A stretch of 64,000 nt of DNA from Neoconidiobolus thromboides FSU 785 (taxonomy: Eukaryota > Fungi > Entomophthoromycota). Each line of letters begins with the position of its first letter. The stretch's first letter is position 1. Both the position numbers and the translations under genes were made by a program. The notes beneath the pieces are model-generated. The model saw only the letters and a program-made list of their open reading frames with translations. It did no database searches and had not been told where the DNA came from. Positions 13,351 to 26,400 of the stretch are shown one piece after another. The stretch lies in assembly GCA_025603075.1 (NCBI GenBank), contig MU626264.1:62001-126000 (forward strand), written 5' to 3'.

Positions 13351-14587
13351 ATGTTCAAATTGTTAAGATCTATTCCTTTAAAACTTGATCCTACAAAGGT
13401 AATCTAAGATAAATACGATCAATCTTTGTCAACTCATTTTTAATAGTTTATTAAGCCAAGGTATTTTATAAGCACTATAAAAACAAATATGGTTAAAGTA
13501 AGGATATCTTATATAATCCAACTATATTTAACCTATAATAGATTGGTACACATAACGGAACCTTTCATTGTGATGAAGCATTAGCTGTCTACATGTTAAA
13601 ACAGCTCCCAGAATACAAACAGGCTGAAGTGGTCCGTTCAAGAGACCCAAAGGTATTAGAACAATGTGATGTTGTAGTGGACGTAGGAGGTGTTTATGAT
13701 GCTTCTACTCATCGTTATGATCATCATCAACGTGAATTCAAAGACACTTTTAGCTCCGATTACACCACCAGACTCAGTTCAGCCGGTTTGGTATACAAGC
13801 ATTTTGGAAAGAGAATTATCTCTCAAACTTTAGATTTAGATATCAATGATTCAAAAGTTGAATTATTATTTCAAAAAATATATGAAAATTTTGTTCATGC
13901 TTTAGATGCCATTGATAACGGAGTTGAAAAGTATGAAACAACACTTACGCCAAGATATTATGAAAGTACCAATTTACCTTCTCGTGTAGGTCATCTTTTA
14001 CCTTATTGGAATCAACCTCAAACTGACTTAGACCAACGTTTTGTTTCTGCTACTGAGTTAGCAGGTTCTGAATTTATTGATAGGGTTAAGTATTATGGTT
14101 TAGCATGGCTTCCAGGTAGAGATATTGTATTAGAAGCTATTAATAAACGTTTTGATTACCATGATTCTGGAAAGATTGTTGTTTTTGAAGATTATTGTCC
14201 ATGGAAAGACCACGTATTTACATTAGAAAAAGAGTTGAACTTAGGTGATCAATTAACTTATGTTATTTATCATGATGAAATTGGAAGCTCTTATAGAGTA
14301 CAATGCATTCCAGTCCAACAGGGATCCTTCCAATCAAGACTACCTCTCCCAGAGGAGTGGCGCGGAGTTAGAGATGACGATTTAAGTGCCAAGTCTGATA
14401 TTCCGCAATGCATCTTTGTTCATGCTTCAGGATTTATTGGAGGTAAGAAATTTTTATTTATTTGTTGGTTAGTTCTTATGTGGTTTTAGGTAATAAAACT
14501 AAGCAAGGTGCTTTGAACATGGCCATACATGCACTTAAGTTAGCAAACACTGATAATGAAGAGAGTAAAAAGCCAAAGCTTGAATAG
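13351..14587 (+). CDS. MYG1: MYG1 family 3'-5' exonuclease (DHH-like), 4 exons: 13351-13398, 13447-13497, 13542-14442, 14490-14587
   Basis: IGTHNGTFHCDEALA, DVVVDVGGVYD...RYDHHQ, RLSSAGLVYKHFG, DAIDNGV, WLPGR, FQSRLPLPEEWRG, IFVHASGFIGG; the introns splice in frame. A second in-frame ATG lies at 13489. Confidence 0.95.
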
Positions 14588-15271
14588 AATAAAATTGTAT
14601 TATAGTACAGGATATAAGATGCTATTTTTTGGTAATGTTGGTTTTTTTATGTTTATTTTAGGCTTATTTCACAATATTTATTGCTCAATATAAAATTAAT
14701 AATAGCCTAATAGATTTTCTTGGAAAATTTCAATTAATATCAGAAACTACTTTTGAAAGATAAGTTATCCCAGACTACTTCTCATATGAATTGTACTAAA
14801 TTATAAAGCTCAAATGCATTAAAGTAATGTTCTTTGGACAATTTTTAATATAATGTATTATTACTATCATACTATAGTATTTCTATTCATATACAAAGTG
14901 AAAATCTTATAGTAAAAAATATATTAAAAGCAGTATTCTAGTTTTATAAATATTTCACCTTTATATTGAAGAGTTTATTTCTTTAATATTTTTTATTATT
15001 AGATTTTAAATTTTGAAAATGAAAGTAATCTCATGAAAGTTTATGAGGTTGCTTTTAAATTATTTATCGTAAATTGGACAACTTGTTAAGGTTATGATGA
15101 TTAAATAAATAAATCACTATAGCTATAAAAATATTACATATATGTAGTTATTCCTTGTATTAGTTTAAATTGTTTTAAACATAAATTAATACTTATTAAA
15201 CTTTATTCGAATACCTATAGATCAAATATAAAAAAATAAATCAACAATCAATTGATTTTAATATAATATAT

Positions 15272-15369
15272 GGGATTGTTTTTTTAACTTCATTATTTCT
15301 TCCATTTTTTAAGCGCTATTTAAGCGAAAAATTTGTTAGTAAAATTCCTAAACACAAAAATACATCCCC
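15272..15369 (-). mobile_element. MITE copy
   Basis: ATAT-GGGATTG...AAATACATCCCC-ATAG, 98 bp. Confidence 0.9.
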
Positions 15370-15441
15370 ATAGTATAAATAAGCATAATAAAATAATAAA
15401 ATAATAAAATAATAAAATAATAAAACAATGTTTTTTTAATT

Positions 15442-15522
15442 GAGGATGTTTTTTTCCATTTTTGAGCATTATTTAAATGGAAAAATTGTCAATAAAATTC
15501 TTAAACAAAAAAATACATCCCT
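15442..15522 (-). mobile_element. MITE copy with internal deletion, AATT TSD
   Basis: AATT-GAGGATG...CATCCCT-AATT, 81 bp. Confidence 0.85.
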
Positions 15523-15524
15523 AA

Positions 15525-15850
15525 TTATTGCTCATAAATAAAAACTATTATTATATTGCTTGTATTATATAAGGATGGTTAATTATAGTTTCAAAGTTAA
15601 TTATCCCCTTTTATATAATCACTTACTAATTTAATAGTATATTAATGATGTAGTTATAATATTAAACTAAGTTATTTATCCAATAACAGATCTGGAGTAT
15701 TGGCTATAAAGCAGTTAATAAACATTTCTTAGTAAGGTTTTATAGAAATATGTATTTATTTATATGGTATGACTTTGATTGATACTGATATATAGGTTTG
15801 TGAGATATTGCTTTGTCAGCTGTATGATTGATTATAGCATAATAACCACT
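15525..15850 (-). repeat. Degenerate dispersed repeat, family B (boundaries approximate)
   Basis: Reverse complement aligns to 35560-35910 and 59410-59900 (e.g. TTAACTGCTTTATAGCCAATACTCCAGATCTGTTATTG vs TTAACTGCTTTATAGCTAATATTACGAATCTGTTATTG). Confidence 0.7.
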
Positions 15851-15984
15851 TAAGTTGCTGTGTTCTCGAGTTCAGAGACAATCAATCCTATGCTCTTAGT
15901 TTGATTCGCTATGAGAACTTCTAGCTTCATCCTAAAGGGTATTTACCTTCTCATTTTGATATTTGTACTTGTCAGAGTATAAAG

Positions 15985-16410
15985 GATATTTTGGAACATA
16001 GTAGCTTGAGGCTTTTTAACTGAATTATTCCCTGATATCCTGTACATTTAATAAAGCCACTAAGTTTTCTTAATAGTATTTTACGTAGATTTTACAGTAG
16101 TATTGCCTATTCTATTTGTCTTACATAGCCTGTAGCATATTACGTACTATTTTTCATAATTCAAGTCTATCTTAGTCACATAAACTAAGACCTTTCGACT
16201 TACAGTGTAGTCAACCAGGCAATAGGTGTTATTAACTCCAATCACTGAGTACCAGATTTCACAGGTTATATGGGGATGTTTTTTTGGCTTTGTTGCTTTT
16301 TCCATCTTTCAAGCACTGTTTGAGTCGAAGAATTGTTAGTAAAATTCTTAAATACAAAAATAGATCCCCATATTGATAAAGGCCTTGCTACCCCGGGAAT
16401 TTTTATTAAA
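15985..16410 (+). repeat. Family C repeat copy interrupted by a MITE
   Basis: GAATTATTCCCTGATATCCTGTACATTTAATAAAGCCACTAAGTTTT matches 60165-60210 and 60415-60460. Confidence 0.65.
16272..16369 (-). mobile_element. MITE copy with ATAT TSD
   Basis: ATAT-GGGGATG...GATCCCC-ATAT, 98 bp. Confidence 0.92.
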
Positions 16411-16926
16411 TTTGATAAAATATTTAAAAATTAAATAAAAAAAATAAAATTTAGACATTTTTATAATAGTTATTATAGATTATTATAAAAAAGCACCTCA
16501 TATACTTAAATACCTATTTAATATATTTACAATAACAATAATTAATGTTGTTTTAATTGTATTATTAATAAATCTTATTTTTGAAGATCAGATCAAATAG
16601 CCTAATTTTAAATAATTGAAACTAAGTCAAATAATAAATATTTTGATTTTGATTTTTACATCATATTTATTAATGTTTTTAATATATATAAAAGCTGACC
16701 TTTGATACAGCTGCTATAGTTGTCTCTATAATGACACCTTATGTATCTTATTAATATATAAAAAATCTAGTCAGTTTATTTAAGCTGGTTTTATTTTAAT
16801 ATATAACTTGGTTAATTTTTATTTACATTATTTAAATAAATTAAAAAAAACTAACTTTTTTCAAATATTTTCTAGATACTCTTAATACTTTTTTGTATAA
16901 TTTAAATACTACTTAATTTGATATAT

Positions 16927-17025
16927 GGGAGTGTTTTTTTTTACTTCATTATTTTTTCCATTTTTAACTACTGTTTAAGGCGGAAAATTTGTTAGTAAAA
17001 TTCTTAAACACAAAAATACATCCCC
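16927..17025 (-). mobile_element. MITE copy with ATAT TSD
   Basis: ATAT-GGGAGTG...CATCCCC-ATAT, 99 bp. Confidence 0.92.
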
Positions 17026-18126
17026 ATATCATTAATTAAAAGAAGTGGTTTTAAATAAATGTTCAAAAAAATTATTATTTAGGTCTTTAATATAAGCTGT
17101 AAAATCAGCCTAAATAGACTAGTGGGTTTTTCTTTCTATTAACAGGACATATAGAGCGTTAATGGAACAAGTATAGAAAACACACTAGGAGGTGGTTTTT
17201 ATATGCATTTGGGATACTAACAGGTATATTATAAAAAGCTAGAATCAAATCAATCACTATTTGACCTAGTTATAATTGTGAAAATTAGCACAGATAGGCT
17301 GGTTTTTGAGAATAGTGCTTGTTGATAAACAGACAAATTTGATTACAAATTTACAATCATACAGTTTAAAATTGAATATTGTTATAATGAAGATTTATTT
17401 GGCTTATTATAATTTAAATATAGATTAGCTAGTATAGGGGATTCAAAAAAAACAGTATCTTTAGTGATTTTAAAGCTTTAATAATGGGTTTTACATAAAC
17501 AGACGTTAATATCTATACATCTATATTGCTAAATTAGCAAACAAAATAATGCTAAAGCTATTTTATGCAAATTAGGTCTGATATGTTAGCAATGTGAAAA
17601 TAGAAGGAGTAAAATAATAAAAGTAACATTAAATATTTATAAAACTCATAAGCTGGGTTATTATGAATATAAAAAATATACCCATTGCTTGATTATTCAG
17701 TGGGTGATTTAAAGTCAAGCTTTATTCTTAGTTGAATTCCAGATGCTCCAGATAGCCATTTAACTCGTTCAACTCCAAAGGAACTCTATTATTTGATATA
17801 ACAGACATCTACTTTCATAATTTTTATTTGGAAGAATCCAAAAAATATTACTACTGAAATCGTTTATTTTGATTGGTTAAAAATGGTAGGCTAATATGAG
17901 CTAAAATTTTCCATAAGCCAATTATATTCTAAATGCTACTTTTGTTAATGATCCAATAAGATAGAAAAATTAATTTGCAATGAATAAATCTTAGTAAAAC
18001 TCGATAACTAAAACGATAAAATTTTACTTTTTACATAATAGTTACGATTGAATATAAATTTAACTTTATAAATGTAAGTTCAAATTTTATTAATGAATTA
18101 TTATTAATAGCTTACTTATAGAAATT

Positions 18127-21100
18127 ATGTATAAAGGCTTTGATCTTCAAAAATATAAAGATTTATATTTTCTTTTAAAAAACAGTGAAAGGTCTGATTT
18201 TCAACAACAAGATCTTTTAGGTAAACAGCTTGAGAATGAACTTGTCTCATTATCTTTTCCATCAGATTTTAATGGAATTGATGGAGAAATAGTAGTAAAT
18301 GGAGATACAAAAGATTTGGCAGAAGCCATATCTCAAAAAATCGAAATTGATTTAAGTTATGCAGCTGAGCTTTTAATGAAATCAGCTGATGAAGTGCCTG
18401 GTAAGGTGGGTGATATATATGTAGCAATAGAATTGTTTTATAGAGAAAGGAGCTACAAGTTGGGTATCATTGAGTACATACTCAATAATTCTTATGTTGA
18501 TTCAAGCCATCCACTTCGTGAGCAGTTTAATTTATTTGTAGAAGCATATTTAAGTACCTCTCAATTTAAAGAAGTAGTTCATCATTTGTTTGAAATGTTA
18601 GGTCCAATGAACCCAGAAAAAGGAAGTGAGCAATGTACAGATGAAATGAATATTAAAATGTTTGGATTTATACAAAAAGAAAGGCAGACAATTTGTAGAA
18701 TTATTCATTTCATTTTAGTCCATCATAAATTTGATTTTGATTCATTTGCTAAGATAGCTAATTATTTGGGCGCTTTTACAACAGTAGATACTAGATTCTT
18801 ACATTTATTTACCACATTGTTATGTTCTATAAATAGAATAAGTACATCCGCATTTCCAGCAAATGAGGAAATAAACTATGCCTTAACTCTTAGTAACTTG
18901 TTACGTGAAAATCCATGGAAAATGGCTAGAGCAGCGGCTTGCGTCACTTGTTTTCTTCATATTTTTATCAAAAGAATAGCATCGGAAAATAGTAATAATA
19001 TTAGTGGTTTGGATTTTAACTTTCAAAAGTTGACAGAAGAATTTATGGAATCGTTGTCCTGTGGACCTTTCAACTTTATCTCATTAAACTTTTTTAGCCC
19101 AATGGAAATTTCAAATGTACTCACTCAACTCCCTTATGGGTATGAAAATATGATTTGCTATAACAATCCTTTTGAAATAGTTTTTCCTAACACAGAGTTG
19201 AAGCAATTAGGGGTATCTTCAAAAATTGTATTAGATCGATGTGAAGATGAATTTAAGCCAGTTTTACTAAATTGTTTAGATTCTTTTATTCGCATGTTTG
19301 AATCAAGCTTACATTCAATTATGGAAAGCGTTCTTAATATGGAAGATCGTAATCTAATCCTTAAGCCACCTGCAGATGATATTTACCCAACTAGGTCAGA
19401 TGACGAACATCATCATCAAAGTATGTTTGATAATTTGAATAGGAACGGCTCAACACAAGCATATAACAATGATACTACATATTTTATCACAGAAGGATAT
19501 CATAATTTAATTGCTTTGGTATATAACAATCAGCCAAGCTTATCAGAACAATTCATTTTCAATAATAACAATTCCGGTAGCAATTATATTAAATTGGTGT
19601 CCAATATTCGCTCATTCAGGTTAAGTATTTCCTTTAAAGATTCCCTAATTTCACTTTCCAATGGAATAAAGAGCTCAGAGCACGTTTTTAAATACCTTAC
19701 AAGAAGCGTTAGGATTAACGGTCAACATGAAGGTGACAGTTCACAAGATCATATCAATTTGATTGGTTCAACAAAAAACATTAAAAATTATGTCGATTTG
19801 CTTAATGATAGTTACCTTATAAAAATAAAATCATTACCAACTAAGGAACTACAATCTATGCAAATAAATCTCAAAAACGAAATTCGTATATTAATTAAAC
19901 TTGTATCTTCCCTTCCATTGATTCGCCAATTACTTACATCTATTAAAGGAAAAATAGTTATTGAGTGTTTTAAGGTATTTTTGATTCAACCACATGAGAA
20001 TTGGCTCAAATCTTTGGCTATGGAATTGTTCTACTCATTTACTATTCCTCTCGGGAATGAAAGAGATACCGCTGCTTATCACATATGGCAGATGATCGAT
20101 TCAATGGAAATGGTATCACTTGACGGAAGGAACGCACCATTCTTTTGCGAAAACATAGGAAACACATTCCCACTTAATAAAGGTGGTATTTTGAATATTG
20201 GGGAGGCTATATCCTTCTGTAAACTGATTAATGGGCTTATAAGAATTGATGATGGGATGAGCTCTAAAGAAAACTATAAAATCAATGATACTATCCCTTA
20301 TAACCTTGGATATGATACTAGACCAGCACCTGGTATTTCACATTATGTTCAATTGGTTTTGAATGTCTTCACAAGTGTTTTTGAAAAAAAAATTAATGAC
20401 ACAAATCAAATATGGGAAATATTATCCAACTGCACTGACATAATGCTAACCCTTTTGCTTGAATTCGAAGCATTAGTAGCTTATCATAGCAAATGCGCAA
20501 ATTTTATGGATGTATTCAATTTTAATATGAATGGAAAAACCAATATTGAATTTTTATTATCCCATCCTGCTTTTGAAGTTATTTGCGGATTGTTTTATAA
20601 TAGGTCGCTTGTGACTGCCTTAGTTAATGCTTTGAATTTTAGCCAAGAACACCTAAGAGGGACCTCAAGAGTATACTATCCAGAGCTTTATAATTGTGTT
20701 GCAAACAGTTTAAGAATTTTGAACATTGCGTTTAACTTACAACCTTCTATTATCAACTCATTAAACTTAGAAGTTGCCAAATATAATGTCAAAAAAAACA
20801 TTATAAATCCAACTACAATTAAAAGCATCCACGACATACTACTATTATTAGACTTTAACCAATTATTTGACACTATTTCTAGTTTTATTGAATCTAATGA
20901 TCAAGATATCTCATATAATGCCATCCAATTACTTAATAACATAGTAATCCCAAACCCAAAAGACAATACTGTAAGAAGTACACAATTGATTTCAGATTCT
21001 TTATGGAATTACAAATATAGTGATAAGATTATAGAAGCGTATAGGAATAGAGTACTCTATGAAGTATTGCCTCAACCCCAATCATATGAACAAAGAAATA

Positions 21101-24100
21101 ATATCGATGATAATCCATATATGTGGAACAATGATTATAACAAGACAACACTTGAGATTTTTAAGCCTATATTAAGGTCATTAAACGACAAAACCTACAA
21201 ATCGGGTCTATTTTTACTGGGTTATAATGACTCCAGCAATATTGTTAATGGCATCAGAACACTTATACCAAAAAATGATGCACTATTATCTGCCTTGGTT
21301 AAGCTATTAGACGAATTCCTTCCTACATTCCAAATATTTACTAACACAAAACAAGCTATAAGAATTGATTTAAATTCCGAAATATTTTCAGCTGGATATC
21401 AAATTTTAGCCAAACTATGTGCTTTAGAACAAACTTGCCTATACGCATTTACTTTCCTTATCAATTCCGGATTTTTCTCAAGACATGGTCCTATGATATC
21501 AGCATTTCATACTCAACCTATTTATGGTGATAGTAGTTTATCTTTAGATGGTTCATCCTTCCCTATTTCCACTGAGCTTGCTATAAATTCCAATATTGCT
21601 AAAGGCTGTTTATTCAAAATAATCGGCAGGTTCGTTTCATTAAATGGCGACTCAAATGAAGTAATGTCAGCTATTGAAAATTGGTTTAGTAAACCAATAA
21701 ATTCCAAACCCTATAATAATATGGACGAATCACCTAAAATGAATATACTAAGAGCATTTTACATTTTATTTGGTGAGATTCAAACTAGATATAACCCATA
21801 TCTACTTTCTGAGCATGATCAAGCCGGTTTAAATAAGTTTATTGAAAATGTTCCACAAGATGCTTTTAAAACTAGTGAAGGAGATAGTTCAGAATATATA
21901 GACTCAATGGTGGCTCATGCTGTAGTCTTAAAGTTTAAGGACCAATGTCTTAATACTGCTTTTGGAGGAGATGATGAATGGTTTAACCGCTCAAAGGATT
22001 TATTCAAAATATACATCCAAGGTAATGAAAGTAAATCCAAACATGAGTTAGTACAAATTGAAGCGATAGCAAGTTGGTGTGATACTATAGATTTAATTTT
22101 ATCACGTCAGTTTAATCGAATCGCTTATGATCAGCAAAGTGATATGTTGATTGAAATTTTGAAACACTTAGTAATCAAAGTCCAAAAAGTATACAACCAA
22201 GAAGTTGTCTTTAAACTGATTTCTTTGATTGGTAGCATAATCAAAAAATTATTTAAAGAATACAAATTGTCTGTGAAAAGACAGGATATAGTAAATGATC
22301 TGATTACCAACAAGTACCATGAGTTAGTTCAAACACTTGGGGATATATGGAAACAGCTAATTTTAATTACATCAATGAACCTAAACCAAGAGTCACGAGC
22401 CATAATATATTCAACTATTAAGGATTATTTAGAATTTTATCAAGCATTTCCAAACTTTTTACCAAAGGTGCCATCAGATCATAAAGGTGATTTCTTTGAC
22501 CTTTACCTTACAATTGAACAGAAAACTTCTCTTATCACTCAACTCATTGGAGATATATCACAAGATTCTAAATTTTCACTTCCAGCATTAGAATTTATGG
22601 GTCTTTTGATCAAAATTTTTAGATTAAAGCAGGATACTACATTTTTGGATATAATTTTAAACCAAGACTGGATGTTTTCATTCTTAGTCAATTCGCTTAT
22701 TAGTGATATAAAAGGTCTATTAAGTCATAAAGATGTAGATGTCGTCTTAGAGTTTTATTTAGCTAAAGTAAAGATCCTCGAATTGATTTTCCCATTGATC
22801 GAAGTCAACCAAAGTAGAAATAATGATACTGTACTCTGGCTGTTTGATGTCATTCACCCATTTGAAAATGAGTTAGCTAACCCTGAAAACGGTAAATTAA
22901 TATATATTAATATTTAGAGTTATACTTATATTTTCAGAGCGTGAAAGAGATTTGACTTATCAATATTTGACTCCACTATTGACTCTTTTAAATGTGATTT
23001 TATCTGGTTGTGGGGAAAATGTGAATGAGGTAGCTACAAAGGTAAATTTAATGCTTATTTCATGCAATAATTAACAAAGTTAGGTTTCTTCAAAATTCCA
23101 AAATCACACAAGATTATTCATGTCTATCCTTAAAATCAATGATAGAACATCACTAGAAAAGCTAACACTTCTAGAAACTACTTTAGAGTTAATATTCTGG
23201 TTTTTTAGAGGCGGTCGTGGAGCTACTTACGTAACTATTAGGTTTTTATTTTTATTTTTTCTAAGCAAATATTATAGGGTCAGCAGGTTTTCCTTGCATA
23301 TCACATGGAAATAATTTACTTTTATAAACGATTTTGCAGTAACAAAAATTGGACAAGTAACATTAAATGTATAGGCACAGATAAAGATAGTAATATCTAG
23401 TTTAAGTGTATGAATATTGAACTAAATATTTTAATAGGCTTCAATTTATACGAAGAAAGCATATTAAAAACAGAAGTTAAAGCTGGACAAATTATAGCGA
23501 AAGTTTCAGATTATCTTGCAGCTGTTTATTGTCTTGGAGCTGATTTTGGTAAGTTAATTATTAAATTGTATTGATTTTATAATCTTTGATATGTAGCGGC
23601 ACAGCTTGCAAGCCCTATGGCCATGAATCATTCTTTAAGTATTGATGCTACCGACATCAACAATAGGTTAATATGTAAGTTCGTTTTAATACAGTTTAAC
23701 TAGCTATATTAATAAATATTTAGCGTTCCGTGAACCTATTTCAATGATTGAAATGATTAATATATTTTCAGAAACATTTGGCACATTACTATCAGTTTGT
23801 GATGCCATCTTTAACATAGATACGATGATTTCTAACCCTGAAGGAATCACTGTTGATATGATTGTTAATGTAATTTTGATTATATTTTTATTTAATTTTT
23901 TTATAACATTATTACCAGGGATTGCAATTAAACAGCTATGAAACTTACAATTCAAAAAATTTGCCACATTGTAGGAATAGGTATATAAGCAAGCTCACTG
24001 GTAGAAAAAGGCTATTGAGCGAGTACTTAAACAACTTACAATGTAATTATACTTTATAGAATTTCGAGCAATTATTTATTTTTTATAGCGACTTTGACTT

Positions 24101-24401
24101 CAATAATACCATTGATCAGTACACATGTAGGAGACTATTTAGGCCGTCATTCTACATTTTATGTGTTTGAAGGTAAAGAAAAAGAAAGGAAGGCTTATGT
24201 TGAAAATCTCAAAGCTCGTCTTATCATGGTATCTCGTATAAGTGGATTTTCAGATGTAAGTTTTAATTTAAGTATATAAAGTTGTTTAATAGTTTTTATC
24301 AGGCTTTTGTTGACTTTATTCGCAAAAACACAGGAAACGCCAATCTAGGGTTTGTGCAATCTGCTAAAGAATTTGACTACTATTTAAAAAAGTTAGCTTA
24401 A
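18127..24401 (+). CDS. Large helical nucleoporin, Nup192/Nup205-like; one ~4.8-kb exon then several short exons
   Basis: 1596-aa open frame. N-terminal LAEAISQKIEIDLSYAAELL...VAIELFYRERSYKLGII resembles the Nup205-family start. Donor near 22892, then spliced exons ending ...EFDYYLKKLA* at 24401. Family assignment rests on weak motif recall and size. Confidence 0.55.
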
Positions 24402-25487
24402 ATTTAAAACTTCAGGCAATTGAGTTTTGCTTTGGAAATAAATAATAATTATAGTTTTGTTATTTTTTAGTTTCTAATTTTCGTTTTGAAGGTTACGTTT
24501 ACTTACATTTGATTACCTTAGCTTCACTTGATTTATTTTAAAATTGGTTCGCGTAATGGGTCATAATCAAGGAGAACACCTACTTTCTTTGAAAAGGCGT
24601 AGATTTTTGTGAAGTAAACTCCCAATAAGTTCTAACAAAATAAATCTATATCTCCAATCCCAACCTAGCTAACCCTATTAACTTTTAATAATAGCTACTT
24701 TTCTAAACTAGTTGTCTATTTTTTGATTGAAATTTAACTTTATCTAAAACTGAAGCTTTTTCACATCAAAAACTATGTATCTACTCGATCATTATCCTCT
24801 ATTAAATATCCTAACCCACTCCTACAACTAACGATTCAAAGGTATCTGAATGACTTTCAATAACTTGTTTACTTTTATTCAACTTAAAATTTGGAAAAAT
24901 TACTTTTCAAATCTTTAAAACATCTACCTATCTATAAGAATATCTAAACAAAAACTTAACATTTTAAAGGAAGTTTTAAATGAAAATGAATAAAACCAGA
25001 AGTAAACAAAATTTACTAATAAAGCTAGGATTTAGGTGTTCATTTTATATCTGCTATCATTGACATAATAGACTTTTTTTAGAGTAGATAAAATAATTTA
25101 ATTACAAGTGCCGGATCCTAAGACAAACATCTTTGTTTAGGATGACAATCTTGGACTTGAATATATATTTTTTATAAAAAAGGATATCAAAGAAAAATCT
25201 TACCTTTCTATATTAAACAATAAGATCCTAAATACAAATAAATCACTACTTTTGAGTAAATTTATTATAATTTAAATAAAAAACGTTCAACTCAGATATT
25301 GTGAAAGGCGAATGGATCGATAGTATATTAACTTTGATGGTAATAGTATTGCTGCAAATAAATAAAAGCAAACAATACTAAGTTACCCTTGTTTAGAGCC
25401 TATGCTATTTCAAAGAATATAAATAAAGGCCCAAATTGACAACTTTCTAGAATATTTAATTCAGAATCAGTGTACTAAAACTAGATA

Positions 25488-26400
25488 GCTTACTTGACAT
25501 TGTAATTTGTATTGTCTTTACTTTATATCCTGAGATAAACTATTTGATTTAAGATTCTTAAACAAAGCATTGTGTGGGCAAATGAGTCAGCTTATTTGTA
25601 ATAATCCATGCTATTCCGTTTATTCAACTCCACCGGTTTATTCAAACAGTCAGTATTTATTTTATACGAAGTATAATAGGTGTGTGTAATATCTAAAAAT
25701 GATAAACCATTAATTAAATCTTTTATCATTATATTAAATATTAACTACACATAGCTAGTTAATATCAATATGTCGATTGCCTTGATATTTCGCAAACTAT
25801 CTTATTTAAAGAATATAATATTGGCTATTGAAGATAATGATAAAACTGTTCTACTAAAGCATACGAACTTACTATATCATGTGAAAAAAGTGACACTTAT
25901 CTCCAGAGGCTTAGTTGACTTAGATTACCTTATTAATTTACTTGATCCTGATAGACTTGTGATGTTAAAAATTAATGTTTAATAGAAGCTCTTTTTGATA
26001 CCTCTCGGTTGAAAAGAACTTACATTAGTAGAACAATTGCTTTTCAATTTTTAGAACAACTTTACACTTTGAAAATCTTCAAGTATCAATTATTGATAAT
26101 TTTAATATAAATTGAAAATTCAGTTTAAGTCATTGCGTTTGTTTAAGGAGAAACTACTTTGAAGAAGACTATGAGGATACTAAATGTTTTATACACTCTA
26201 AATCAATTAAAAAATAATTTTTAAACAATGTGATATTCCAATTACCAATTTGTTTCATACTCTGTTTCTTTTGGAAAAAAATTAGAGTAGTTAGTTATAA
26301 ATGGAAGATGCTATTATTTTAATAACAGATTAATCAAGTATTTTTTATAAAAACCCATCTCTAATCTAAATTGATAGAAAACCTATCAGCGATTGCTCAC
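25488..26400 (+). pseudogene. Decayed F-box/LRR paralog
   Basis: Frameshifted pieces LLDIVICIVFTLYP/DKLFDLRFLNKALCGQMSQLICNN and LSYLKNIIL...DLDYLINLLDPDRLVMLKINV align with the F-box genes at 33859 and 63793 (LSDILLEEIFLFISPEKLIELRLLNKVICNII; IVNYLNPNILKS); multiple stops. 3' end approximate. Confidence 0.55.

Noticed and set aside
9616-17025. Clustered ~98-bp repeats as a CRISPR-like array
   Set aside because: Irregular spacing, both orientations, TIRs and TSDs, eukaryotic context and no cas genes; these are MITEs.
24507-24631. Protein-like minus-strand segment (NLLGVYFTKIYAFSKKVGVLLDYDPLREPILK*) as an exon of an unannotated gene
   Set aside because: In-frame stop, no consistent upstream exons and no recognisable family.
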